A stretch of DNA of 64,000 nucleotides from Tubiluchus corallicola (Eukaryota > Animalia > Priapulida): the NCBI GenBank assembly GCA_030141605.1, contig JAQGDQ010000117.1:186001-250000 (forward strand), given 5' to 3'. A model generated the notes under the pieces. It had not been told where the DNA came from. It saw only the letters and a list, made by a program, of their open reading frames with translations, and did no database searches. How positions within the stretch are numbered: the first letter of the stretch is position 1; the number at the start of each line of letters is the position of its first letter. Both the position numbers and the translations under genes were made by a program. Shown in pieces: positions 1 to 12,565 of this stretch.

Positions 1-1444
1 TGCAGTAACCTTGCACGATTTCAACGTCGCATGAAGTATCAAAATTTATGGGACAATTCAGAGGACGTAGTCATTATATGCCCGTAAAACGTATCCGTCT
101 TCTTTCTTCAAGAAACAATGACCTCGCAGAGTTTTCGTTAATTACTAGCAATTTGTGCATATCGCTCATTATAAACGGTACATCCGTCTCAACTTAATGT
201 TAGCTAATTATCCTAAGCATCTTAGAGTGTCCTGACGTAAACGCTAAATTTACTTCTTACAACCTACTGTGTTTACAGTTCATTAAATGCGAGCTTTTCA
301 GCTGAGTGAGTTTCTTATTGCACCCTCTGTAAATTTATTCATGCAATCAGGGAGGCAGGCAACTTTATACCAAAAATATCGAAAATCATCGATTTATAAA
401 TTTATTCACCACAATACATAATAAAAGATAACGAACAAATTTTAATACATAGTAACAAAATCTGCACGCATTATGCACAATGAAATAAACATAATTACCA
501 ATTCTAATGCAATTACACATAATCATGAATAAAAAAGAGCAGTATATTGAAAACACGACATGCGTTGTACAATTTGATCATCAACACACTGTTTATATAC
601 GGGCGAAAGACGTAGATTTGGAGAGATAAACGGGAGATAAGATTTGCAAAAGTAATTGTAGCACTCTTATCTCGGCTAGGGAAAACATAATTGGCATCTA
701 ACGTAGGCAGAGTGCTAATAAAAATCATTTCTTTTGGTTTTGTGATATGATTTGGTTTTGACTTTTAAAGTTCTAGAGACAACTTGCACAGCAGTGAAAT
801 TTTGCTTGTAAACTAAACCGTGACCAGGTTACGTTTACATAAAGTTTTGTGATTTATAGAAAGCTATACACACGAGGGTTATGAAACGTACTGAAATTCA
901 ACACACTTTCACCCCAACCAATATGAGTTCAGATGCTTTCCATAGCCTCGCTTCTACCGATAACTCCTCCACAACTGAAAACTCTACAGCACGCGTAGAA
1001 CTTGAGTAAAACTAAAGTAGACTGTTAATTGCTACAGCATTTCATTTTTTATTACTCTCTATTTATTTTAATAGAGTGCATTGCAAATATTGTCACAGTT
1101 GTTTCGTCTCCAATACTGCACTCTCGTACTTCCTCCTTTGCAATTTGGCCATTGGTGACGGGTTTGTGGCTGTTGGTACTGTTTGTTATGGTATTAATAA
1201 TTTGGAGCCCATGCAGTTGTACTTCATGCAGTTGGCTTGAATTAATTCATGGTTACCTACTTTTAAATTAAATAGTGCATTCTCATTTTATGGTATGTTC
1301 CTTCCCTTATACATGTATAACTTTTTTATAGTTGGTTCACGACATATCGTGTGCAGCACTTTCATATAATTTAAAGTTCTAGAGGTATGTTTCTCTTTTC
1401 TTCCTTAAATCAAAGCACATTGTGTTAGCTTAACATTTACAGTA

Positions 1445-1554
1445 TATGTACGTATGAATATGCATATATTCATGTATATATGCATGTACGTATGTTTGTC
1501 TTTATATCTACATAGTTATGTGTATATAAGTGTATGTATATGTGTATGGTCATA

Positions 1555-1612
<58 letters not shown>

Positions 1613-1810
1613 CGCGCGTGCGTGCGTGCGTGCGTGTGTATTGCAGGTACCTATGTTTGTCTTTATATCTACACAAAGTTATGTGTATATATCTGCATGC
1701 AGGTGTATGTATATGTGTATGGTCATATACATATGTGTGTGCGTGTGCGTGTACATGTGCGTGCGTGTGCGTGTGTGTGTGCATGCATGTGCGTATGTAT
1801 ATGTGATATA
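1445..1810. repeat. Compound (GT)n/(GCGT)n microsatellite with an internal duplication
   Basis: Pure GT run at about 1559-1608. The block tatgtttgtctttatatctaca...gtgtatggtcatataca occurs twice (about 1490 and 1652). This explains the overlapping CV/HT ORFs. Confidence 0.95.
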
Positions 1811-2859
1811 CTAACCTTACTAACCCTAATTTACATACACCTTATCCATCACTACATAAATTCTCTACATTCATTTTATCCAACTGCCAATTTGAAATGC
1901 GTTTACAAAAAATATATCTTTGTAAAGTAATCCCTATTGGCAATGTGTAGTCAACTAATATCTAGCAGCAGTAGTAACAGTATATCTAACGGGTGGTGGT
2001 ACTTTCGCCAACAAACACTCTATTTTTTTGCAAATTATTAATCATCATTCACCACGTCATTTTGTTTTTGCAAACTAATAGCTCTGATATTTTGTATTGA
2101 ATATGATACGTTGAATATTGTATTGAATATAGAATATTGTATTTAATATTGTATATATGCATGATTATATATTTTGCAGGATTTTTTTTAGTATAATATG
2201 GTTTTTCAACCTTTTAACTTTGTGCCTCTTAACTCTAGCGGCTAGCCTATGTGCGTAATACACGCAGACGAATTCGAACGTGCGCGAAGCCACGAACACC
2301 GAATGCGGCCGCAGCATATCGTAAAATGAACTGGTATTAAATTGAATTGATCGACCTGTGCTGCAGCTCAGAAGTTTTCCCATGTTGCCGGTACTTGCTC
2401 TTGCGGAATGTGTCAAACAATCTAAATCGTAAACATATAATTGCTATTTGTTACTCATATTTTTGTAAGTTTTACTAAGCAAAGTACTAGTGTGTAACAT
2501 CATTTAACTTTTAGCTACTTCCGTGCTTCCGCAGTACCCTCTCTGCCAAATGGCAGGCACTCACAATTTAAGAAATTGTGCAAGGTACAATACACTAATC
2601 ACTTTTTTGCAGTTGACACGTCATGATATTTGACACTAGTTGAAATCTGAACTTATTGAATTTCTTCTTTATAGCTGAGTAGCCCTTCTTCTATAGTTTG
2701 ATGCACTGTTAGCTGAGCAGGTTTATGTATTTGCTACGTAGGACACCTAGGCTCTGCTCGTACGAATAAGTACTAATTACTGGGGGATGTTGTTTGAATT
2801 GGGTGCATGGCCTATTAGCGATCGCATTAATTATAGAAAACTCATGTTTTACAGGAAGC

Positions 2860-3441
2860 TTCTATTACCAAGTAATAAAAGATTAGCAAGCGAAGTTTCA
2901 TATCAACATATCCATACAGTGGATGTTGGTACACTTGTTGAATGATATAGACGGAATTGCCATAGACAAAGAGTACATGGTAAGTAACAAAAAGCCAGAA
3001 TGGAGGAAAGAAATTAAAATGAAATACAAAATGAATGCAAGAAAATAGTGGGTACACACACAAAAATAAGAATTCTTAGGGAAAAAATGGGACCTCAAAG
3101 ACTACATAACAAAACTAATACCTCGGATATTAAAAATATTATGGAGTTAAGACTAAATATGGTAAAAGTTAAACTAAACTATAACAAATCATTCATAAAT
3201 ATATAATTTTTCATGTCCACTGTGTATGGAGAAACAAGAGCTTACAGAGCATTTGTTTTCATGTAAGAAGTATGATAAAATCAGAGCAAACTATACAGCA
3301 GCAGGAGTTTCAATTGATGATGGTACAAGTGAATGTAGTAGTGAAGGGCCGTTGAAAGTCTCAAAGTTTGTACAAGACTGTCTGTGCTATAGAAAAATTA
3401 TGACAGTTGGGGACATGAATGAAAGCTGCGAGAATGAATAA
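2860..3441 (+). mobile_element. LINE ORF2 C-terminal remnant
   Basis: RLNMVKVKLNY followed by CPLCMEKQELTEHLFSCKKYDKIR, the C-x2-C...H...C knuckle typical of LINE ORF2 C-termini. Upstream sequence is broken. Confidence 0.55.
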
Positions 3442-3689
3442 TATTCAAACTAATGCAATATTTTAAAGTCCTGGCAAATGTTTATCATTTGCCCACACCA
3501 GTGGAGAGGAGCACGAGTAATCACAGTAACTGATCCAATTAGTAATTTAATTTTCACCTGTTATTTAATTGAACAAAAAAGTTGAACCACTTGATGCACA
3601 TGGTCTGTAATGCACATGTATTATAATGCACATATAAAATATACGCACATACACACCCACATACACACACACACACACATACTAATAAG

Positions 3690-3772
3690 TATAGCGTCCC
3701 TACTTCGCGGAAATTCACTTATCTCGGGTGGGCCTGGAACGGAACACCTGCAACAAGCGAGGGAACACTGTA
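3690..3772. mobile_element. Small Tc1/mariner (Tigger-like) MITE remnant
   Basis: tatagcgtccctac ... gcgagggaacactgta termini with TA flanks. Confidence 0.45.
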
Positions 3773-4272
3773 TATATACATGTACATATACATGACTGTA
3801 ATTAATCTAATCATCAGCAATGCATTGATTGTGCGATGTAGTGTGTGTGGTATGGTGTGGATGGTATGGTATGGGTGGTTTTATTGAATATAGTGGGGTG
3901 TGAGTTGTCAGGTGGGGTTACATATGGTGTGGCTAGCATGATGATATGGGATGGTATGGATAATGTGGTAGGGATGGCATAGGTTGTTATTGTGGGTTTA
4001 TCCACAAAATTATTTTGCAAGATTTGGTTAGTATAATATGTTTTTTCAGCCTTTTAACTTTAGTGCCTCTAATCTTAAACCTTAACTCTACTGTATGTTA
4101 CATATCATGCTTTTGTTTTCTTGCTTTCAGTGTTTTCTTGGATAAGCGGAGACATACTACTAAGCAAATTCAGTACTCTTGCTGGATTCAGCTAATGAAC
4201 TTCGTTATAGGATTGCTTAACTTGTCTTGAGCCTTGCCGCATGGAAAATTGTAGGACCTCTCGTAGAACAAA

Positions 4273-7200
4273 ATGACAGCATATACCATGAACATGTTTG
4301 GAAAAACGGCACAATTCGCCGGAAAGGTAGCAGCAGCCAAAAATCTATAGTTTCAAAGAAAGTTTCAAAAATCTAGTTATTAGTACTTACTGCTTTTAAA
4401 GCCAGGATAAGTTGCTTAGTGTGTTGTTTATCATGGCAACCCAAAAACACAAGACAGGAAATCTTTTTTATAAGCGCTCCACAGATATGTGTGACTACAC
4501 GCAGCAGTTTGCGTGATCTTTAATGTTGCTTAGTCTTAGATTACATGATTCTCTCTTTGAACAACAAATGATTATTCGTACTCTTTCATTGTTTTAAAGC
4601 TTTTCTGCAGCTGTTGTGATGGCTTAATAATGAATCAGCATTGTGTAAAAACCGAGGACTAAGTGATATATATGAACACTTGAAGCGTTAAAAAACTATT
4701 TGCTTGACATATATGCAGGTATCAAAACTGAATACAGTACTTGATGATGCTGGTGACAAAAACGACGATGATGATGTTCAGCTAACAAGAAAAGAAAAAA
4801 AGAAGTTGAAAAAAGAAGAACTGGAAGAACAAAGAAAACAGGAAGAATTGAGGTAATGTGTTAGTTAAAGACTTGCTGCCCGTATTTCTTGACTTTCTAG
4901 ATAAGTTTTTTCTGAGTTTATCAAAACTAATGTATGGATTTTTGTTACAAATATATGATAGAAAAAACACCCAACTGAAATAAATTGTAATACCCTTTAG
5001 TAATTAGTTAAATTTGGATAATTATTTATGATAACAATATCAGTTAAATGTTCATTTTAAGCCAAAATATAAAAAGATGCTATGCTGCATAACAATGTAT
5101 AGATGTCAGTACTGGTTTCTATGTTTACAGATAATTAAGACGTGTGCGACTTATGACTGCTTGACATTATGACTCGACTGCAACTTTGTTAATTAATTAT
5201 ACCAAACCAGCCTAAACTGATAATTCCTTTTATTTTTTAAACAAATTAATTTTGAATCTCTGCTTGTTTCTACAAATTTATCATGCCTTGCATGTAGGGG
5301 CGCGCTGCTTGAATATACATTAAATATATGGGTCCGACTTGTGCACAATTTGGCTTACGACCAATCCTCTGAAACCAATTGTGATCGCTAGACATCAACT
5401 TCTTTTAGTGGACATAAAAATCAGATCGTACTCTGTAATAACAAGCACTTATTTACCAACAGTTGACAATTTGAAGTAAAAGTTAATGTGCACAACTTCA
5501 AAAACCAATCCTGTGTTTGGTAATTTGTAAGCTTGTTTTTGAATTGCATTATCCATTGATGAAATTCCCTCTGCCACTTTGCAGTAATCTCATATGATCA
5601 CTGATAGGCAAAAAACAATGGTCTAGCAGTGAAACAAGACTATACATATTAAATATACCATGTTTGTGAAATTTTAATGCTGAAAACGAGATTAGTGTTT
5701 CTAAAATGTAACTAATACTTAAAGGAAATCTGTACCAATAGCCCATGTATGATGTACTGAAAAACAAACAGTAGCTGCATGTGTTAAGAACGATTTACGT
5801 TGAAGAATTTTTGTTATTGTTATAACAGTGTCACTATATCTAAATATGCAATGCAGAATAAATATTTTTTTCATTTTTGCTGATTTTTGCTGCATAGGAA
5901 AATCATGGAAATGGTAAGACCTTTTATACTGATAGATATACTCACATAAGTTACATCACCCAGTTTTTTACATTCTTAATGCCTTGCTGAACAAAATAGT
6001 GCAGTTGTATTTTTATTCATAGTTATGGTTATACTTTTTGGATAGCATGTGTATTTAAGACAATGAAATTTAAAACCAAATTTTAAAACTGTTTATACCC
6101 ATTTCTGTAACTCCTCCCAAAGTTAAATTATATGAGAATATTATGACCTATAGTGAAACATATGTGAAATGTAGGCTAGATATAGTCATCTATGGCCAAA
6201 TGTAGTCCAGTATAATTTTAGAGATTACAAAGCTTTATCAAGCACTGTTAAGAAAAGGGAGATCTACATGTAAGTGTGTGTGGGCACATGGTAATTTGTA
6301 ACAGTTAATTTAATATCAATGTTGAGTGTACTTTTTCATTATTTTTGAACCAAAATGTGGCATTATACGAATTAGTCATTTAGTCTTGGCCATAGATGAA
6401 ATGATTCAGCAAAATATCCTACCATAATTTGCCAAAATGTCTGAAATTTATTGAAACTGATGTTTGTAAAATAGCATGCTCATTTCAGTTTAAAGTCTGA
6501 AAAATAGCTTAAAATGAGGAGGTGCATTGCTTTTTGTGGTACTGCCCCAAATCCCCATTAAGAAACTTAAGCAATTCCCATCCTCCATTTAATAGACTTG
6601 CTGAATACACAGGTATGTTAAGCCTAATCTAGTATCTAGGTAAATTTTATAACAATTGCAAAGCAAATTTCACTTTAACTTGTTGATAAAACCTGATATA
6701 TTTTGCTTCAAATTAACATATATGATTTATCTTGAATTTCACTATATTCAGGATTTAGGCATAATAACTACATACTAGTGAATTTTTTAGGTTAAAACAT
6801 GAAGAGGAGCGTTCCAGGAGGCAAGCAGAAAGAGCAAGCTTAAGAAATGCCATGCGAGAAAAATATGGATTGAAAGAAAATGAGAAAGACAAAATACTCG
6901 TTCAACAGAAGTCTGTAGGCTCTGTAAGTATCAAGTCAATTCTAATGATTTGATCAAAAAATATAGAATTTTGTATTATTAAAGTTCTCTGTTCCTGCGG
7001 AAGCATTAAGTAGCTCCTGTAGGTTGCCATTTCTGCCATTATCTAATCTTAAATTTGAGCAGTGTACTAAAGGGGGAATATCACCAAAATTAAGTCGCGA
7101 TTATATTGTGAATAGAAATACGTTCCTCATTCTTCATGAAAATTTCATGTTTAAGAATCCTTGGCAAAAGTTTGGATAAAATTGTACACGAAACGAACAT

Positions 7201-10200
7201 ATGACTAGGCCGCCATTGAGCATGTATGTGCGCCTGCGCCTCTGGTGGCGAAATTGCCGTACTACAGATGAAACTTGGAAAAATGCCCAAGGGGAGAACG
7301 ATTGTACACAACACCAGTTTGAGTATTTGTTTACATCGACAAACAGTGTTCAGCATACAGTACTTTTACGCAGTTTATACCTAGTGACGGTATCACGATA
7401 AAGATTAGCTTATTGTGAATTGAATGCGTGATTTGCTCGGTATCGGTCTGATTATTCTTATTGAAAAACGGTTGTGGAATGTGTTACACTAGGATTCAGC
7501 AATTAGACGGGATGCAGCAGTCAGACGGAAAGTATAGAAATACGAAGCTAAAATATAATAATTTTTAGTTTCCAATGAGCAACAGAATATTATTGAAGCA
7601 ATGAAAGTACAATCTAAAAACCTGGATTCACTCCTACAATCTGTGTGATAATTTCTCTGCGGTTTGCTTTGAAACGTGAGTTTAGAACATGATGAATATT
7701 GTGCTTACACTTTGGAGAGATTCAGTCAGATGCAGTTTTTTTGTAGTGTCTTTTTTGTTTCATTTTAAGCCCAAGTACATAGTTTATCGATGCAGTTTAG
7801 TCATCTCGAGATTTGTATCCATTTCAATAAAATATCACAATTACATTATGATATATCACAATTTCATCGAACCACATTATATCATTAGTTTTTTATTTTG
7901 TAAAAGTGGATAGTAATTATATTAATAATAAATGTATTATTATCATTAATTTTTATTTCAGTCTGACTGACCACAAGAATTTTATTCAATCTTAATATTT
8001 TAATATTACTGCTGTGTAAAAATAAACACAACATGATGTTATCATGTAAAAACAAAAGCTAATGAACAACAGTTAAAGTTCTGGTTGGTATTAAAAGTCT
8101 TACAGATTTAAATAACTGAAACACGACGAAGTTAAAAATGTTCATATACATTTAATCAATAAGTCTACAGCTAATATGTTATACTCTCTGTGTCCATGGG
8201 GTTCACATATTTTTTGTCGAGGCTGATAAAATGGAGCTGTCACTAAAAATTGTCACACTAGCATTATAATTATGCTTCAGTGATTTTCTCTGTGTTTACA
8301 AATTCATTAATTCTTCTAGCAGAATGAAGTTGCTATATCGGACTTGTTTTACAAGAAAAGAAGTTTTGTTACCAAGGCCCACACTTTTGCAGCTTGTATT
8401 GCTGACGATGTTTTCAATTAATGCCACGAGAATTTTCACAATATGCTGTAGGCCTGCTTTTGCGCAATGATTGTTTACACTCTATTAGAACATACTATAA
8501 TGAACCTATAACTTTCGACGGTAGTAAAATATATCGCTTTTGATGAAAACATGTGAATGAGCGCAATGACAATCGCTTCTATCAGCTGACTACCTTTCCG
8601 AACCAAGGTCAAATTCTGTAATGTAGTAATAACAGCTTTATTTTTAGCTCAGTTGTGTACCACAGTATCACAACAAGCTGCGGGTACACTCTGTTACGTC
8701 ATCAGCCTGAGCTGCGCTAGTTCAATTTTTTTACCGGGAGAGGCGTGAGTGCAGCTCCATGGCGTTTCCTGTGAGATACAAAAAAGTTAATTACTCATTA
8801 ATTAGACAACGTACTGCTAGACAAATTTTGCCAAGTTCTTCCCGGGGAAGGCAACTATAAAATAAGTTTAACTTGATTTTCATGATATTCCCCCTTTAAT
8901 AGTGCAGATCAGACAGCTACAGATGCGAATCTGTAACTGCAAAAATGTACATTCTTATATTGAGACTCCATACTAGCTGTTCATTCTTGAAAGATAAGCA
9001 ACTAAATTAACTAAAAATTTTGTTAACTTGTCTGTTTTTCATTTTTTTCTGATATGCGGCTAGTCAATTGTTTACTAATGTACAGTCAAATAATAAATGA
9101 TATACAGACTGAGGGCTTAATAAGCAGTTACATGTACTATTAGGAGCATAGCCAATTTTGGACAAAAATTTCTTAAAGTTTCCCTACTTAAGTAATAAAC
9201 TGAAAGCTAAAACTTCTAATTTTCTCTTGCCCAAAGAGACAGGGAATTGCATGGGCGTATTAAAAACTTTTATCGGGTTAATACTGGTGTTTGTACATTG
9301 GTACTTGTGGCGACATCTATTTGTCCACATATGCAACACATAATTGTCAATGTCACTTTTCTTGTATTGAAACGTAGGTGGTGGTAAAGATGCTATATCA
9401 GTGTTACGCCAGTTTATATCTTTACTGATTTTTAAAAATTTGCCTGTATAGGTTAGTAATTGACGTAAAAAGTGATTATGGTTAAGATGAGGATTTGCAT
9501 GACTATTAATCAAGTGTAATTTGAAAATATCATCATTTGAGGCAGATAGGACTTTCAGAATAAATTTTGCATCTACACTTTTAAAGATCATGTCGAGAGG
9601 TGGCAGACCACGAGACGGGTGAAAATTACTGCCTGTTCCAGTTTTCATAACATCATATATAAGATCATCAAAAAAGCTATGTTTACGCACCATCCAAGCT
9701 GAAGCACCATACAAAATTATAGGTAGTACAAGGGTTTTAAAGAGCAAGATTACAGTATAGAGACTAAAACCTTTGCAGAGGGTACATTTTCGTTTGATTT
9801 GTAACCATCTATACCATGCTTTTTTCCTGACGTTATTGATTTGTAACTTAAAAAGCAACTGCTTGTCTATAACAACACCTAGCACCTTACTGTTGTGCAT
9901 GTAATTAATGCTTTGATTCCCAATTTTCAAAATGACATTTTGGTTTTCCATGCCAAAAGGTGAAACCTCAGTTTTACCAAGTGAGCAGTTAATAGCCTGT
10001 CTCCATTTTCAACACCAGATATGAAGCCTATCACGGCACTGCTGTCCTAAGTTCATTGTATCTGCATCTGTAGAGCCCGATGCAAGGATTGTGTCGTCAT
10101 CAGCGTATTTGAAAGAATCAACCCTCGGGAGAGTCAGTATTTGTTTAAACATATTTGACACATAGAAAATGAAAAGTAAAGGTGAGACAACCGAACTCTG

Positions 10201-12565
10201 GGGAACCCCAATCTTACAGTCATATTCACATGAAGTATAACTTCCAAGTTTAATACATACTTTTCTATTATAAAGAAAATATTTGAGTAACCCTAATATC
10301 TTTCCCTGTGTACCAGATGCTATCGAATGCACGTTGAAAATCGCAACAGATAGCCAGAGATTGGATTTCCTGTAATTGATTTTCTTGTATACTGGAAATT
10401 AAATGCACTAAGTACCGCCCGCAATTGTGATCAGGCATGAAACCTTCTTGTTCTTTGTCGATAAGTGCATTTTCGAGCATAAATTTTCTTAGACGGTTTG
10501 TAATTAGCCATTCTGCAAATTTTCCAAAGTAAGATGATATTGTTATTGGCCTAAAACTTCCAGGATCAGTATAAGTAGCTTTATTTTCTTTTTTGATAAA
10601 GATGACTTTAGAGTGGCACCGTACCCAGATACTTTGTGCCATAACAAAGGTTACATAAATGTAAAAAACTGCTTTGGCCCAAAAACCAAGATTATTTATC
10701 ATTAACGGATGAAATCCATCACAATCAACGCCTTTACCAAATATGGGAGTCTCTTTGATGGCTGAATTTAAATCATTCTTGCAAAAGTCAGAGTTAATTA
10801 CATGGAGTTCATAAATACCAGTTACACTGTGTTATACAGTTAGAATGCAATAAGCCTTTTCACAGTTCCAGGGATTGATGATGTTCGTGAAAAGGTCAGA
10901 GGTTAAGTGTACTAGACAACGTATTTGTGTAGATGACAATGCCTCGCAGCCCAAGTTACTGTAATAGTAACAGTTTTATCAGCTAGCTAGAACCTTGTCT
11001 AGTTCATTTTTTCTTGTTCCGAAGCAACATCCTGCTAGTAAATCATTCTACACCCAGACTAATGCATAATTAAGTAAAATCCACGTCAAACAACTGAAGT
11101 TATCGAACTGATCCTGCTGAATGCTTTGTTTTATACACATGTCATTTGACGGTTGTAGCTAAGATGCCTTGCTGTGGTACACTTAACCTTTGACCTGCAG
11201 CAACTGTGCATGCAGCCGTGCACACAACGAAACTGTGAAAAGATTTATTAAAGATGGTTGTGCGATAAGTTTGCTTAAGCGGTAGCTTTTAAGAAGGTGC
11301 TCGTTCAGTTTACCATGAATAATTTTAAACCTAGTCAAAAATTTAAAGTAGTAGCAAAACATTTACTGCCATGTGAGAAAGTTGTGTGGTACAATCCCGA
11401 CTTTATAATTAATCTTCATTTAATCAGATTATTTTACACTGTCTTGCCATATTTGGTTTTCTCCCTCTCATTTTGATTGTTTTACATGTGATGTATTTTG
11501 GTTGTTAATTCATTGCTAAATTCCTTGACTACTATTAAAGTTTTTATTTAAAGCAAAACAGGACGATTTTTCATATCCAACACCATTTTGAAGTACTGTA
11601 AAATATATACATTTTAACTCAAACATAATGCCAAAGCATTTCTGATAATTAAATAATAGGTTAAAAACTTAATTAACAGGCCAGCTAGTGATGACATCAC
11701 AAACGAAGATAATTTCCAACAGCACAAACAGAATGTGTTTAATGTGTTTGCGAAAGTGAAAATTGAAGTACAGTGCTACTATACAACATTCAGTGTCATA
11801 CAAAAACTCCAAAAATTTTAAAATAAAAATGAAATTTTAAACTTACCTTTATGCTCACACATGAGCTCTCAAACGTGCGTATTATGTCACAAATGATCAA
11901 CTGATGTACAGCACATGTTTTTCATACAACGCGTTTCCGAAATGCAGGTCTAGTGCCAATCTAACCAACAAATGGTGAAATGCATGTGATAGGGAAGAAC
12001 TAACTGTGAGAACAGGAGTATTCCTTAGTGTTATAATAGTTCTTTCACGTAAGTCATTCTTTAAAAAGTAGTATGTTCCCTTTCGATGTTTCAAAAAATA
12101 GATTGCTTTGACCTACAGTTTAGGATTGGGTCCAGTTTTCCTTTAAGTAGCTGTGCATTGGCCCTGCAATGGTGAACATAGGGATTAGTAGTTAGTAGTA
12201 CTTTGCCTTTCTTTTTGAACACAGTGTTTTGAATTAACTGTTGAACTAAGCACTGTAAGTCTTTCTGTTTCTAACTTGGAATACCAGGAATCTTATTTTA
12301 AATTATTATTGTAATCTAAATACGTGTTTTTTTAATATTTGTGGTCAGTGAGTAGCTAAGACACACTAGTGTTGTCTCTTGTAAAGTGATTTTCAACTTG
12401 ACAAAGTTTGTTATTTGTTAGGAATCATCAGAGCCAAAGAAAGGTCTTTTTGCGAAGCCTACAGTATCGCATACAGAACCAACTGATCAAAACTTAAACG
12501 TGGAGGACAACTTACCATTAGAAGAAAAGAGAAAAAGAAAAAAAGATAATTGTTCACTAATGTAG
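4273..12565 (+). CDS. CPLX: Complexin (synaphin)-like protein with C-terminal CAAX, 4 exons, about 154 aa
   Basis: Exons 4273-4326 (tentative; MTAYTMNMFGKTAQFAGK, weak donor AAG|gtagca; ATG 4713 is an alternative start), 4719-4852, 6791-6923 and 12422-12565. Phases join into a 465-nt ORF. Exons 2-3 give a charged helix EELEEQRKQEELRLKHEEERSRRQAERASLRNAMREKYGL, matching the complexin accessory/central helix (vertebrate EAERE..RQ.IRDKYG). It ends KRKRKKDNCSLM*, a CAAX box as in CPLX3/4 and many invertebrate complexins. AATAAA at 12823 and 14004. Confidence 0.85.
7071..8895. mobile_element. Non-autonomous DNA transposon with TTAA-type target (Kolobok-like), 1.8 kb
   Basis: Left end ctaa|agggggaatatcaccaaaattaagt; right end acttgattttcatgatattccccct|ttaa. 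This gives an imperfect TIR of about 25 bp starting AG. No transposase ORF. Confidence 0.75.
9050..10830 (-). mobile_element. Degenerate, 5'-truncated LINE reverse transcriptase (I/Jockey-group-like) in complexin intron 3
   Basis: Three frameshifted ORF pieces: 10268-10702 (PGSFRPITISS, EQEGF, DFQRAFDSIW), 10009-10332 (GVPQSSVVSPLLF, KYADD) and 9184-9951 (KVLGVVID, LFKTLVLPIILYG). Boundaries are approximate. Confidence 0.9.
10853..11245. mobile_element. MITE with terminal and subterminal inverted repeats (Harbinger-like)
   Basis: agccttttcacagtt pairs with aactgtgaaaagatt, and aggtcagaggttaagtgtac pairs with gtacacttaacctttgacct. TAA/TTA flanks. A related fragment occurs near 34499. Confidence 0.65.
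11552..12142. mobile_element. MITE with TTAA flanks (Kolobok-like)
   Basis: ttaa|agcaaaacaggac ... gtccagttttcct|ttaa. Confidence 0.55.

Larger units (their letters stand above)
2165..4090 (+). repeat. Two copies of a dispersed repeat segment of about 75 bp (about 2165-2240 and 4010-4090)
   Basis: tattttgca.gattt...ttagtataatatg.tttttca.ccttttaacttt.gtgcctct occurs at both positions. Confidence 0.7.

Noticed and set aside
1454-1930. Overlapping CVCV/HTHT ORFs
   Set aside because: They are translations of a GT microsatellite, not genes.
6596-6612. 17-nt microexon that would restore frame together with 5898-5913
   Set aside because: The joined sequence contains an in-frame TGA (act tgc tga).
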